Assembly: GCA_963778505.1 (NCBI GenBank)
Contig: CAVZUH010000004.1
Span: 717,607 to 781,606, forward strand
Length of the DNA: 64,000 nucleotides
Direction: 5' to 3'
Source of the DNA: an uncultured Actinomycetota bacterium
GTDB taxonomy: Bacteria; Actinomycetota; UBA4738; HRBIN12
The notes beneath the pieces are model-generated. The model made no database searches and was not told the origin of the DNA. It was given only the letters and a program-made list of their open reading frames with translations. The position numbers were made by a program, and so were the translations under genes. Of this stretch, positions 1 through 10,270 are shown in pieces; the stretch's first letter is position 1; each line of letters starts with the position of its first letter.

Positions 1-207
1 GCCGAGGTGCTCCCCCGCCTCCTGGAGCATCTCGGGCGGGGCCCCGCCTCGCTCGAGGAACGCCAGGCACGCCTCGGTGGTGATCGTGAACCCGGGAGGG
101 ACCGGCAGCCCCATGTTCGTCATCTCGGCGAGGTTGGCTCCCTTCCCGCCGAGGAGGTCCTTCATGTCCTTGTTGCCTTCGGAGAAGTCGTAGACGTACT
201 TGGTCAT
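1..207 (-). CDS. ppdK: pyruvate, phosphate dikinase, N-terminal fragment (gene runs off the window start)
   Basis: Reverse translation from ATG 207-205 gives [47 protein letters not shown], the canonical PPDK N-terminus. Confidence 0.85.
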   Translation of the reverse strand, partial: MTKYVYDFSEGNKDMKDLLGGKGANLAEMTNMGLPVPPGFTITTEACLAFLERGGAPPEMLQEAGEHLG

Positions 208-279
208 GGCCGAAGTCTACGGAACGAGGGCTCGCCGGTGTACGCTCACCTCCTCACCGTTCACCTCACGGAGGACCTG

Positions 280-429
280 ATGGCGCACGCGAAGGACAAG
301 GGCGCGAAGAACGTCAAGAAGAAGGCCGCGAAGGGCATCAAGGAGAAACGGGCCGAGAAGAAGCTGAAGCACGACGTCCGCCGGACCACCGGTGCCGTCG
401 AGACCATCGGCGAGCGGTCGCCGAGCTAG
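280..429 (+). CDS. small Lys-rich basic protein, unknown function
   Basis: ATG 280 is preceded by GGAGGA (269-274). The 49-aa product is MAHAKDKGAKNVKKKAAKGIKEKRAEKKLKH... No family recognised. Confidence 0.45.
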   Translation: MAHAKDKGAKNVKKKAAKGIKEKRAEKKLKHDVRRTTGAVETIGERSPS

Positions 430-1343
430 GCGGGAACGAGGTCGGGCGTCGTCCCCGGCGCCACGCACGTCGCGACCATCGAGCCGAACACCTCGTCACA
501 CGCCCCCAGCGTTGATCCCGATCGAGCGGCCCCGACCACCTGCTCGATCGCTGCGAGCACCACGTCCGGGGCATGCCGATGGACGAAATGCCCCGAGTCG
601 GTCGCGACGACCTGGATCGCATTCGATGAGAGACCGGCGAGACGGACCTGGGCGCGTGAGGCCAGCTTCGGCACCGTCGCGAGCCACTCGTCCTCGATGA
701 TCCCGGCCGTCACCACGACGAGTGGGATGTCGCCGAGGTCACCCGCGGCGTGAAGCTCACGCACCGTCGTGTGGATGTCGATCCTGTCGGAGCCGTCGAT
801 CCACGGGCCGGCATCGAGCCGCTCGTAGACCGGCACCTCCGGCTCGCTCGAGATGTCGATCAACACCATCCCGGCCACATCGTCCGGGTACGCGCCCTCG
901 AACGCCCGGACGGGCATGCCGCCGTATGAATGTCCCACCAGAACGACGGGGAGCCGAACGGACAAGACATCAAGCATCCGGTGAAGCTCCTCTGCCATCA
1001 GCGCGGCGGTCACCTGTTCGCCTGCCGGCCGCTCGTCGCTCGCACCCGTCCCTGCACGATCGTAGGTGCAAACGCGCGCGGTGACCGCGACGCGGTCGAG
1101 GAAGCCGACGAACTCGTTCGTGCCGGCGGCGCCGAGCCCGGCCTCGAGGATCACGGTCGGCTCGCCCTCGCCGCGGCACTCGTAGGCAAGCTCGTAGCCA
1201 CCGACGTCGGCCCGGCCGCCCGCCGGCTCAGGCGAGGCCGAGACGCCCGACGATCGTGACAGGCTCGGCGCCGCCTCGCCACCACCGCACCCGACCAGAC
1301 CCATCGTGGCCGCGAGCGCCGCCGTGACGACCCGCTTCATCAT
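426..1343 (-). CDS. alpha/beta hydrolase, probable lipoprotein
   Basis: Intact 305-aa ORF with a lipoprotein-type signal (ATMGLVGCGG) and a GHSYGG nucleophile elbow. Confidence 0.85.
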   Translation of the reverse strand: MMKRVVTAALAATMGLVGCGGGEAAPSLSRSSGVSASPEPAGGRADVGGYELAYECRGEGEPTVILEAGLGAAGTNEFVGFLDRVAVTARVCTYDRAGTGASDERPAGEQVTAALMAEELHRMLDVLSVRLPVVLVGHSYGGMPVRAFEGAYPDDVAGMVLIDISSEPEVPVYERLDAGPWIDGSDRIDIHTTVRELHAAGDLGDIPLVVVTAGIIEDEWLATVPKLASRAQVRLAGLSSNAIQVVATDSGHFVHRHAPDVVLAAIEQVVGAARSGSTLGACDEVFGSMVATCVAPGTTPDLVPA

Positions 1344-2648
1344 CTAGAGGGACCTCAGAGCCGACGAGACTGCGTTCATCACGGCATTCGACGACCCGAA
1401 GCCCGCGTGCACGTGACTGCCGTCCGCCGCCAGAACCAGCCCCGGCGCATCGCCCTCGGCCAGCCACCCGCCCAAGGCCCCACTGAACGCTGTCGCGTCC
1501 ATGGGTGTATCCCAGACGGTGCTGAGGATCACCGCGACGTCTTCGCCGTCACTCCAGGCCCGGTAGGTGCCGCCGTCCCAACCGGCAGCGGCCGTCTCCG
1601 CCACCGACTCGTCGAGCCGGAGGTTCAGGAGCGCCTTCAGCCACACCTCGCCCACGACCATCACGTCGTGGTCACGCCAACCGGGGCCGAACGTGGGCGC
1701 GAAGTCCGGCACGTCGACGCGTTCCGACACGTCGTCCGGGTACTTCGACGGGTGCAGGACCTGCTCCGTCGTGGTCGGGAACCTCCTCAGCGCGCGGTCG
1801 ACCGCCGCCGGCCCGCCCTCGTCCGCAAGGGCATCCGCGAACCGCTGCCCTGCCGAGTACGGGTAGGCGAAGATCTCGAGCATCAAAGGAGGGACCTCGA
1901 CGGCCGGCCCGTCGCCGGATCCCGAGCCGGTCGCGGAGACCGGGAAGCGGAGCAGCACCTGGGTGGCGAAGTGGTTGGCGCTCCCCTCGACGATCCCCAA
2001 CGCTGCCTGGAAGGGCTCGTCGTCGCATCGCACCACCAGGTCGTCCAGTCGGTCGAGGTCGAAGTGCTGGTCGTCGATCGCGTGCGTCAGCTCGTGCGCC
2101 AGGACGAAGTGCTCGAGACGGTCGAGGTCCGCGTCGCCGGTGTAGACGAGCTCCCCGTTCTGCGAATCGTAGAAACCGAGGACCTGCCCCTGTTGATATG
2201 CGTCGATGGCTCCCAGGATGCCGACGTCGCGGGGGATCGCGCCGATCGTCGCCCACGCATCGCTGCGACGAGCGTAGAAGCGCTTCGGGTAGTACACGTC
2301 GAGGTACTCGCGCAACCGCCGGTCGATCTCTTCGGGTGTGACCGGCTCGACGTTCACGCGTCGTTGGAACGCGAGCCCCCGCACGGCCTCCACCTGGTTC
2401 TCCACCTCCGCGATCGTGGGCGGCGTCGGGACCCTGGTCACAGGGCCCTTGGGGATGTCGGCGGGGATGCAGAGCCGGCGCATCGCCTGAAGCGCCGTCG
2501 TCGGTCCTGTCCTCACCTCGACGGCCGGACTCGGGGAGGGTGATGACGCCGGCGACGGCCGCGCGTCCTCCCCCGCCGTGCATGTTGCGGCGAGCAGCAT
2601 CGCGACGCTCACCGCCACGAGCCGACGCACCGGCGCCGGTCGCTTCAA
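1344..2648 (-). CDS. secreted/lipoprotein zinc metalloprotease-like protein (HExxH)
   Basis: Intact 434-aa ORF with signal and lipobox (MLLAATC) and an AHELTHAIDD HExxH motif. Its start overlaps the stop of the upstream small ORF. Confidence 0.75.
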   Translation of the reverse strand: MKRPAPVRRLVAVSVAMLLAATCTAGEDARPSPASSPSPSPAVEVRTGPTTALQAMRRLCIPADIPKGPVTRVPTPPTIAEVENQVEAVRGLAFQRRVNVEPVTPEEIDRRLREYLDVYYPKRFYARRSDAWATIGAIPRDVGILGAIDAYQQGQVLGFYDSQNGELVYTGDADLDRLEHFVLAHELTHAIDDQHFDLDRLDDLVVRCDDEPFQAALGIVEGSANHFATQVLLRFPVSATGSGSGDGPAVEVPPLMLEIFAYPYSAGQRFADALADEGGPAAVDRALRRFPTTTEQVLHPSKYPDDVSERVDVPDFAPTFGPGWRDHDVMVVGEVWLKALLNLRLDESVAETAAAGWDGGTYRAWSDGEDVAVILSTVWDTPMDATAFSGALGGWLAEGDAPGLVLAADGSHVHAGFGSSNAVMNAVSSALRSL

Positions 2649-2800
2649 CGACGCCTCGAGAGGACCAGCGCGCTCGCCGCCGCCAGCATGGCCAGACCCG
2701 AGAGCACCGCGGAGACGACCAGCAGGCCCGTCGATTCGAGGAACCCCGCAGCGGAAACGCCGAGGGCGACGATCGCTCCGACCCAGAGGACGAACGCCAT
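2645..2800 (-). CDS. small two-helix membrane protein
   Basis: 51 codons, MAFVLWVGAIVALGVSAAGFLESTGLLVVSAVLSGLAMLAAASALVLSRRR. It fills the gap between the glyQS stop (2812) and the metalloprotease start (2648) with a 4-nt stop/start overlap. Confidence 0.45.
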   Translation of the reverse strand: MAFVLWVGAIVALGVSAAGFLESTGLLVVSAVLSGLAMLAAASALVLSRRR

Positions 2801-2811
2801 CGCGTAGACGA

Positions 2812-4185
2812 TCACAGTCGCTCCGACAGATACGCCACGAGCCCGTCGATCGGGAGGCGATCTTGGGTCATCGAGTCCCGCTCGCGGACCGTAACCTGCG
2901 CGTCCTCCAACGAATCGAAATCCACGGTCACGCAGAACGGCGTGCCCACCTCGTCCTGCCGCCGGTAACGCCGGCCGATCGAGCCCGCGTCGTCGTAGTC
3001 GCAGGTCCACCCGCCCTTCACCAGATCGAAGACGCGTCGTGCCTCCGGCGTGAGCTTCTCGTTGCGGGAGAGCGGGAGCACCGCCACCTTCGTAGGCGCC
3101 AGCCGCCGGTCGAGGGCCAGGTAGGTGCGGTTCTCCGTACCTCCCTTCGCGGTCGGCGCCTCCTCTTCCCGGTACGCGTCCAGAAGGAACGCGAGCACGG
3201 CGCGGTCCACTCCCGCCGCAGGCTCGATCACGTACGGGTGATACCGCCGTTCCTTCTCCTGGTCGAAGTAGGTGAGATCCTCGCCGGACGCTTCCTGATG
3301 CGCCTTCAGGTCGAAGTCGGTCCTGTTCGCGACGCCTTCGAGCTCGCCCCAATCAGTGAAAGGGAATCGGTACTCGATGTCGACGGTGCGCTTCGAGTAG
3401 TGGGACAACTCGTCGGCGTCGTGCTCGCGGGTACGCAGGTTCTCTTCACGCATGCCCAGATCGGTCCACCAGCGCATACGCTCACCGATCCAGAACTCGT
3501 GCCACTTCTCGTCCGTCCCCGGCTCGACGAAGAACTCCATCTCCATCTGCTCGAACTCCCGGAGGCGGTAGATGAAGTTCCCCGGCGTGATCTCGTTGCG
3601 GAACGAACGACCGATCTGGGCGATCCCGAACGGAACCTTCTTGCGGCTCACCTGCTGGATCGTCGCGAAGTCCACGAACATCGCCTGCGCCGTCTCTGGC
3701 CGGAGGTACACGGTGTTCTCGGCGTCTTCGATCGGGCCCATGTTCGTCTTGAACATGAGGTGGAAGTTGCGCGGCTGCGTGAAGGCCGTCTGCCCACAGT
3801 TGGGGCATTTCGGCGCGTGCTCCATGTCGAGCGTGGTGTCGTCGGCTTCGTGACCCGACTGCGGCGCATGGAACCCGGCCAGGTGATCGGCGCGGAAGCG
3901 CTGATGGCAGTTCAGGCATTCGACCAAAGGGTCCGTGAAGACCTCGAGGTGGCCGGAGGCCTCCCACACCTTCGGCGACATGATCACGGCGGCCTCGAGG
4001 CCGACGACGTCGTCCCGCAGCTGCACCGTCGAGCGCCACCACTGCTCGCGGACGTTGCGCTTGAGCTCGGTGCCGAGCGGCCCGTAGTCCCACGACGAGC
4101 GGAGGCCCCCGTAGATCTCCGAGGACTGGAATGCGATGCCTCGCCGTTTGGCGAGGGAGGTGACGGCCTCCATCAGATCGGCCAT
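2812..4185 (-). CDS. glyQS: glycine--tRNA ligase (dimeric class II type)
   Basis: Intact 457-aa ORF starting [45 protein letters not shown]. Confidence 0.95.
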   Translation of the reverse strand: MADLMEAVTSLAKRRGIAFQSSEIYGGLRSSWDYGPLGTELKRNVREQWWRSTVQLRDDVVGLEAAVIMSPKVWEASGHLEVFTDPLVECLNCHQRFRADHLAGFHAPQSGHEADDTTLDMEHAPKCPNCGQTAFTQPRNFHLMFKTNMGPIEDAENTVYLRPETAQAMFVDFATIQQVSRKKVPFGIAQIGRSFRNEITPGNFIYRLREFEQMEMEFFVEPGTDEKWHEFWIGERMRWWTDLGMREENLRTREHDADELSHYSKRTVDIEYRFPFTDWGELEGVANRTDFDLKAHQEASGEDLTYFDQEKERRYHPYVIEPAAGVDRAVLAFLLDAYREEEAPTAKGGTENRTYLALDRRLAPTKVAVLPLSRNEKLTPEARRVFDLVKGGWTCDYDDAGSIGRRYRRQDEVGTPFCVTVDFDSLEDAQVTVRERDSMTQDRLPIDGLVAYLSERL

Positions 4186-4290
4186 GAGTGTTCTGATCCT
4201 TTCCCGGCCGCTGGCTGCGGCCGCCGGCGTAGGTCCATGCTACCGGCGTGCGTCGTCAACCGGGGTCCGGTGCGTACCGATACCTCTGAC

Positions 4291-4809
4291 ATGCCCATCG
4301 GCCACTTCTGCCGCTCCTGCGGCGCCGCCCTGAGGCCTGACCTCGGCTGGTGCGCGACGTGCTATGCGCCGGTGACGCCGTTCGCCGCGCGTCCTCCGCT
4401 CCACGAGCCCGGAACGCTCGTGGGAACACCGATGTCCGACGTAAGGACGTCTCGGTGGCGAGCCGGGCCGACGACGATGGGTCCCATCGGCCGCATCGTT
4501 TGGACCGTCGGGCTTCTCTTGATCTTCCCGTGGTGGGCTCTGGCGGTGCCCCTGCGGAGCATCTGGCGCAGGGAGCGAGTGGCTGAAGGCGCCCCACCGA
4601 GCCGCATCGAGCGGTTCCGTGATCGCCATCCCGGTCTCGAGCGCGAGATCCACGTGGGACCGACCGCTCGGCTGGCGGTCGTCGCTCTTGCAGCCGCCGC
4701 CGCGGTGGTGCTCTTCCTCACGAAGCAGGACGTCGATCGCTACGTGTTCGCGGCACCCGTCCTCGTCGCCGGACTGACGATCGCGCTCGCGAAGTGGAAC
4801 GACGTGTAG
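4291..4809 (+). CDS. zinc-ribbon membrane protein, unknown function
   Basis: Last 172 codons of ORF 2578..4809: MPIGHFCRSCGAAL...WCATCYAP (CxxC...CxxC) followed by hydrophobic segments. The upstream part of that ORF is an antisense shadow of glyQS. Confidence 0.6.
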   Translation: MPIGHFCRSCGAALRPDLGWCATCYAPVTPFAARPPLHEPGTLVGTPMSDVRTSRWRAGPTTMGPIGRIVWTVGLLLIFPWWALAVPLRSIWRRERVAEGAPPSRIERFRDRHPGLEREIHVGPTARLAVVALAAAAAVVLFLTKQDVDRYVFAAPVLVAGLTIALAKWNDV

Positions 4810-4813
4810 CCCG

Positions 4814-6158
4814 CTAGTCCGTACCGGTTCGCGGATCGCCGGCCGTTTCCTCCTGCGGCAGCGGCTTGAGCCTCTCCGCGAGCAGTTTCTTGCGGGCGGC
4901 TGCCGGCGAGAGGGCGCGGACAGATCCCTGATCGCTTGTATCGCTGGGCTGCCGCTCGTGCTCGGCGAGCCGGAGGAAGTTCTCGAGGGCTGCCGCGTGG
5001 GCCTTCGCGTCTCTGGTCTCGGCGTCGGCCGTGTTCCCCGTGGAGGCGGCGTGTGACACTCGCCTCGCCTTCTGTTGCTTCGACGCTCGCCTCGGTTCCT
5101 TGCCCGCCGGCGTCTCCTTCGGGGTGGGGGGAAGAGGCTTCTGCTGGCGCGAGGCACCGATGGGTCCGCCGGCGGCCGCGGCCACCCGGTCCTCGCCGAC
5201 CTGCGTCGACCTCGTCGACGACTTCGGACTCGGGAACCTGGACGATCGCGGGGCCCGCGTCGGAGGAGGAGGGAGCTGCCGGAGGAGCAGGTGCGGCGGG
5301 ATGTGTCACGCTCGACTCGGCAAGCACCAGGGCTCGTTGGATGTCGCCCTCGAGCCGCCTCCGAGCCTCCTCCGACTCGGCCAGCTTGTCCTGCAGCCGT
5401 TTGACCCTCTCCGCAGAAAGCCGATACACCTCGCGGACGGCATGGAGCCGGTCATCGTCGATCAGCGAGAAACCCGCGGGGATCGAGGCTGTGGGCGCAA
5501 CCCCGACGTTGATCGGCTGGATCGGATCACGCAGGGACAGAGCGCTCATAGTGAGGAACAGCAGCACCAGGGCGCCGGCGAGGATCTGGTACCTGAGCCA
5601 TTCGGACCGAACCGGCGCGATCGTCCCCTCGTCCGTCTGGTCGATCTCGGCCACGGCTTCGTCCCGCAGCGGCACGTATGTTCTGAACAGGCTGCGTTCG
5701 GGGTCGTCCGATCCCCCCGTGTCCGAGATACCGGAGGGACTGATCGGACCTTGTCGTGCGGCTGCGAAGACCAAGGAGTCGTTCAGGCTGGCTTTGGACC
5801 CGATATCGATGGGATCAGTCCGGTCCGTCGAGAACAAGAGCATCCCCTTGTCGGTCGACGACCAGATGCGCACGCGCTCGACGCGATCGTCGGTGAGGAT
5901 CAAGAGACCGACGTACGCCTCGAGCGAATCCGCCGACTCGCCGGTGATCGGTTGGGTCAGATCGACGCTGTCGAGGCGGGGGCCGAGGACCCGCTCGACG
6001 TATCGGACGGCGCGAGCCTCGGAGACCGCTCGCTGTTCGTCGAGAACCTGGCCCCCCATGATCAGTGCGTACACGAGCCCGATGAGCGCAGCCAGGGCCA
6101 TGCCGGCCCAGACGTATCTGCTCACTCCGTCTCTGGTGAACCGTTGTATCGGGCTCAT
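4814..6158 (-). CDS. membrane-anchored coiled-coil protein, unknown function (frame switch near 5190)
   Basis: GAGGAGG lies before ATG 6158. Two TM segments, then a coiled coil (RVKRLQDKLAESEEARRRLEGD). The C-terminus reads better in the 4814..5185 frame (AHAAALENFLRLAEHERQ), which also avoids overlapping the convergent gene. It could instead be two adjacent genes. Confidence 0.5.
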
Positions 6159-6330
6159 CCGGCCCCTCCTCGCCGGTGCGGTATGGGGATCACAGGCGAT
6201 GGTCGCGCGCGTTCCACGCACGATACCGGGTTGGGTATCGGGAGCGACACCGCCGAACGACGGACTGGAGCTAGGCCTTCTGGAGGATGGCGCGATCGGA
6301 AGGCCTAGTCAGGATGCCCGGACGCGATCC

Positions 6331-7074
6331 TCACGGCTCGTCGGCGAGGCCACCGAAACGCCTCGAGCGCTTCTGGAAATCGCGGATCGCCTCGAAGAGG
6401 TGCTCGCGGTCGAAGTCCGGCCAGAACACCGGCGTGAACCAGAGCTCCGAGTAGGCCACCTCCCACAGGAGGAAGTTCGAGATCCGTTGCTCGCCGCTCG
6501 TGCGGATCAGCAGGTCCGGGGGCGGCATGTCGGGCCGATACAGTCGCTCCGCGATCTTCTCCTCGTCGATGCTCTCGGGGCGGAGCGAACCGTCGCGGAC
6601 CTCGCGTGCCAGGTCCTTCACGGCGTCCACGACCTCAGCCCGACCCCCGTAGTTGAACGCGATCGTGAGGGTGGTCCCCGTGTTGGCGGCGGTGAGCGCC
6701 TCGGCCTCCCGGATCTCCTTCAGTACGGAGCGCGGAACCCGCCAGTTCCGCCGCCCGATGAAGCGGATCCGGACGTTCATCCGGTTCAACTCGTCACGGC
6801 GGCGACGGAGCAGACCGCGGTTGAAGTTCATCAGGTACCGCACCTCGCCGGGCGGGCGGCGCCAGTTCTCGGTCGAGAACGCGAACACGGTGAGCCACGG
6901 GAGGCCCACCTGCACGGCCCCCTGGACCGTGTCCCACAGTGCCTCTTCTCCGGCGCCGTGGCCCTCGGTGCGAGGCAAGTCCCGCTGCTGCGCCCACCGC
7001 CCGTTGCCGTCCATCACGATCGCGACGTGCGCCGGGATGCGGGCCAGATCGAGATCGTGGAGGTAGCTGCTCAT
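6331..7074 (-). CDS. uppS: isoprenyl (undecaprenyl) diphosphate synthase
   Basis: MSSYLHDLDLARIPAHVAIVMDGNGRWA...FSTENWRRP...RTSGEQRISNFLLW. ATG 7074 was chosen inside ORF 6331..7350. ATGA overlap with the recO stop. Confidence 0.9.
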   Translation of the reverse strand: MSSYLHDLDLARIPAHVAIVMDGNGRWAQQRDLPRTEGHGAGEEALWDTVQGAVQVGLPWLTVFAFSTENWRRPPGEVRYLMNFNRGLLRRRRDELNRMNVRIRFIGRRNWRVPRSVLKEIREAEALTAANTGTTLTIAFNYGGRAEVVDAVKDLAREVRDGSLRPESIDEEKIAERLYRPDMPPPDLLIRTSGEQRISNFLLWEVAYSELWFTPVFWPDFDREHLFEAIRDFQKRSRRFGGLADEP

Positions 7075-7811
7075 GTCGCCGTCCGCACGAGCATCGGCAC
7101 CGATCTCATCCGGCGCTCCAGGTGGTACTCGGCGAAACCGAACAACAGCCCCCGCGCCTCCTTCCGGGTTCGCGTCTCGGGGGCGGGCGTGGCTCCCGCG
7201 TCGGCGAGGTCCGCGAGGGCGAGCGCGGCCATGTACGCGAGCGCCGAGGCCGAGACGTGGCCGGCGCCGGGCTCGGCGTCGCCGGCGCAGACGGCGCCAC
7301 CGAGCCCGGCCGAGAACAGCTGGACATCGGTGCTGCCGCAGACGGCGCACGCCGTGAGGCTCGGATGGAAGCCGGAGACCGACAGGAGCTTCAGGACGAA
7401 CGACTCGGCGACGGCGGCAGGGTCGGCGGGCTTCGTCTCCAGCGCACGGAGGCCGGAGAGCAGCAAGAGGACGAGTCGAACGTTCCGCTCGTGCTCCTCA
7501 GCGACGCGGTCGACTGCCTCGAGCATCGTCTCGCCGGAGGCGAACAGAGCGAGGTCGTCTCGGATCGCACGGTGCGGGGCGATGATCTCCGCCTGCGTGA
7601 TCGTGTCGAGCGATCCACGACCCCGATAGAGCATCAGGTTCACGTGCGTGAACGGTTCCAACCGCGCCCCGAAGCGACTGGTGGTCTTGCGGATGCCCTT
7701 GGCCACGCCACGAACCTTGCCGGAGCCCTGGGTCATGATGGTGACGATCTTGTCGGCCTCACCGAGCTTCGCCGACCGGAGGACGACGCCCTGCTCCTTG
7801 TAGGGGGGCAT
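7071..7811 (-). CDS. recO: DNA repair protein RecO
   Basis: Intact 246-aa ORF, MPPYKEQGVVLRSAKLGEADKIVTIMTQGSGKVRGVAKGIRK..., with a C-terminal CAVCGS zinc motif. Confidence 0.9.
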   Translation of the reverse strand: MPPYKEQGVVLRSAKLGEADKIVTIMTQGSGKVRGVAKGIRKTTSRFGARLEPFTHVNLMLYRGRGSLDTITQAEIIAPHRAIRDDLALFASGETMLEAVDRVAEEHERNVRLVLLLLSGLRALETKPADPAAVAESFVLKLLSVSGFHPSLTACAVCGSTDVQLFSAGLGGAVCAGDAEPGAGHVSASALAYMAALALADLADAGATPAPETRTRKEARGLLFGFAEYHLERRMRSVPMLVRTAT

Positions 7812-7923
7812 CCGCCGATGGTAGCTCCCCCCGAACGCCCTTCACCCCAGGAGGCGTGTGGCGTTTCCGTTGCGGCCGCTGGGGCCGGTGCATCCGTGGG
7901 CGTGGCGGCGGAAGAAAGTCTCC

Positions 7924-8785
7924 TCAGGCGCCCACCGGGTGCCAGACCGTCTTGAACTCGACGAGGGCCGTGACCTCGTAGGGACTCTGCGCCTCGTCGC
8001 CGAACGGATCGGCCTCCGGTGCATAGTGCACGCGCTTCACGTTCTCGGCGGAGAGTTCCTCGACCTGCTTCCGGAGCCTCGCGGGGACGCCTGTCGCGTC
8101 GATGGCGTTCACGTCCATGTGCCCGGCGAGCCACGGCACGAGCTCCGCCGTGACGCCGGTGAGGATGTTCACGACGCCCCCCGGGCACGTCGGAGGTCGC
8201 AAGTACTTCTCCGAGCGAGACCGCCGGAAGCGGTGACTGCTCGCTGGCCAGCAGGACCGCGGTGTTGCCGCCGACGATCGCCGGCGCCAGGCGAGAGACC
8301 AGCCCGAGGAGCGACTGGTCCTGCGGGGCCACGACACCCACCACGCCGGTCGGCTCGGGGACCGTGAAGTTGAAGTACGGCCCGGCCACGGGGTTGGAGG
8401 CGCCTTGGATCTGATGGATCTTGTCGGCCCACCCCGCGTACCAGACCCAGCGGTCGATCGCGGCGCTCACGCCTTTCTCGGGATCCTTCGCGCCCGCGTC
8501 CCTCAGCTCCGACTCGAACTGCGAGCGCCGCCCCTCCATCAGCTCCGCGACGCGATAGAGGATCTGGCCTCGATTGAAGGCCGTCTTCGTCGCCCATCCT
8601 TGCTGGGCGGCGCGCGCTGCACGCACGGCGTCGCGGAGATCCTTGCGCGACGCGCGCGCAGCCCACGCCAGGAGTTGGCCGTCGGCGCCGAGGACCTCGT
8701 AGGACCTCCCGGACTCGCTCCGCGGGAACTCCCCGCCGATGTAGAGCTTCGCGGTCCGCTTGACGGGGAGCCTGTCGTCGGTCAC
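7924..8785 (-). CDS. aldehyde dehydrogenase-family protein, short form lacking the catalytic domain (one frame break)
   Basis: ORF 7733..8785 gives the N-terminal ALDH fold up to ...ATSDVPGG. ORF 7924..8337 continues VVNILTGVTAELVPW...VEFKTVWHPVGA. The hop sits at the C6 run 8177-8182. The ELGGK and catalytic Cys segments present in the neighbouring ALDH are absent. Confidence 0.7.
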
Positions 8786-10260
8786 GGCGTCAGCTCCACG
8801 TAGGGCTCGAGGCCGTGCAAGCCGCCCTCGCGCCCGAAACCCGACTCCTTGTAGCCGCCGAACGGCGACGAGGGGTCGAACCGGTTGAACGTGTTCGCCC
8901 AGACGACGCCGGCCTCAAGGCGTTCGGCCATCCACAGGATCCGCGAGCCCTTCTCCGTCCACACTCCGGCCGATAGGCCGTACGGCGTGTTGTTCGCCTT
9001 CTCGACGGCCTCGTCCGGCGTCCGGAACGTGAGGATCGACAGGACCGGCCCGAAGATCTCCTCCCGCGCGATCCGATGCGACTGGCTGACGCCTGTGAAC
9101 AGGGTCGGGCGGAACCAGAACCCGCGCTCCGGTAGGTCGCAGGCGGGCTGGTACATCTCGGCGCCCTCCTCGACGCCCGCGGCCACCAGCTCCTCGATCC
9201 TCGTGAGCTGCGCCCGCGAGTTGATCGCGCCGATGTCCGTGTTCTTGTCCAGTGGATCGCCGACGCGGAGGGTCTGCAGTCGCGCTTTCAGCTTCTCGAG
9301 GAGCGGCTCGAAGATCGGTTCCTGCACCAGGAGCCGTGAGCCGGCGCAGCAGACATGGCCCTGGTTGAAGAAGATCCCGTTCACGACGCCTTCGACGGCC
9401 TGATCCAATGGGGCGTCCTCGAACACGATGTTGGCCGCCTTGCCGCCCAGCTCGAGCGTGAGCCGCTTGTTCGTGCCGGCGATCGTTCGACGGATCTGCT
9501 TGCCGACCTCGGTCGAGCCGGTGAATGCGACCTTGTCGACATCGGCGGCGACGAGCGCGGCGCCGGTCTCTCCCGCGCCCGTGATCACGTTCACCGCGCC
9601 CGGCGGCAGCTCCGCCTGCTGGATCACCTCGGCGAGCAGCAGGGCGGTGAGCGGAGTCGTCTCGGCGGGCTTGAGCACCGTCGTGTTGCCCGTGGCGAGC
9701 GCCGGCGCGAGCTTCCACGCCGCCATCAACATCGGGAAGTTCCACGGGATCACCTGTCCCGCCACCCCTATCGGCTTCGCATCGCGACCGGGGAACGCGT
9801 AGTCGAGCTTGTCGGCCCACCCGGCGTAGTAGAAGAAGTGGGACGCGGCGAGCGGCAGGTCGATGTCACGCGACTCCTTGATCGGCTTGCCGCCGTTCAT
9901 CGACTCGAGGACGGCGAACTCGCGTGCGCGCTCCTGCAGCGCACGCGCGATCCGATACAGGTACTTGGCTCGCTCCTTGCCGGGCAGATCCCTCCAACGG
10001 GACTCGGAGGCGTCGCGCGCCGCCGAGACCGCGAGCTCGACATCCTCGTGCCCCGCTTCGGGCACCTCGGCGAGGACTTCCTCGGTCGACGGGTCGATCG
10101 TCGCCATGTAGCGACCGCTCTTCGGCTCGACGAACTCACCGCCGATGAACAGCCCGTATCGCTCCTGGAGCCGGACGACGTCCTTCGACTCCGGCGCCTC
10201 CGCGTACTCCCAGTCGGGAACGGCAGGCGCGCGATCCCGCGTCGTGTCGAGCTCGGTCAT
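8782..10260 (-). CDS. aldehyde dehydrogenase (NAD(P)+), full length
   Basis: Intact ORF, with ATG 10260 preferred (MTELD...). Contains LELGGKAANIV, NQGHVCCAGSR and EEIFGPV motifs. GTGA overlap with the downstream short ALDH. Confidence 0.9.
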   Translation of the reverse strand: MTELDTTRDRAPAVPDWEYAEAPESKDVVRLQERYGLFIGGEFVEPKSGRYMATIDPSTEEVLAEVPEAGHEDVELAVSAARDASESRWRDLPGKERAKYLYRIARALQERAREFAVLESMNGGKPIKESRDIDLPLAASHFFYYAGWADKLDYAFPGRDAKPIGVAGQVIPWNFPMLMAAWKLAPALATGNTTVLKPAETTPLTALLLAEVIQQAELPPGAVNVITGAGETGAALVAADVDKVAFTGSTEVGKQIRRTIAGTNKRLTLELGGKAANIVFEDAPLDQAVEGVVNGIFFNQGHVCCAGSRLLVQEPIFEPLLEKLKARLQTLRVGDPLDKNTDIGAINSRAQLTRIEELVAAGVEEGAEMYQPACDLPERGFWFRPTLFTGVSQSHRIAREEIFGPVLSILTFRTPDEAVEKANNTPYGLSAGVWTEKGSRILWMAERLEAGVVWANTFNRFDPSSPFGGYKESGFGREGGLHGLEPYVELTP

Positions 10261-10270
10261 CTGCCCGTCC

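Noticed and set aside
2578-4290. Upstream 570 codons of the 743-aa plus-strand ORF 2578..4809
   Set aside because: It is antisense to the strongly supported glyQS gene and has an Arg/Pro/Gly-rich, low-complexity translation typical of high-GC shadow frames. Only the last 172 codons (4291-4809) were kept as a gene.
4936-7629. 897-aa plus-strand ORF
   Set aside because: It overlaps uppS, recO and the coiled-coil gene on the opposite strand. The translation is Ser/Arg/Pro-rich with no motif, so it is a shadow ORF.
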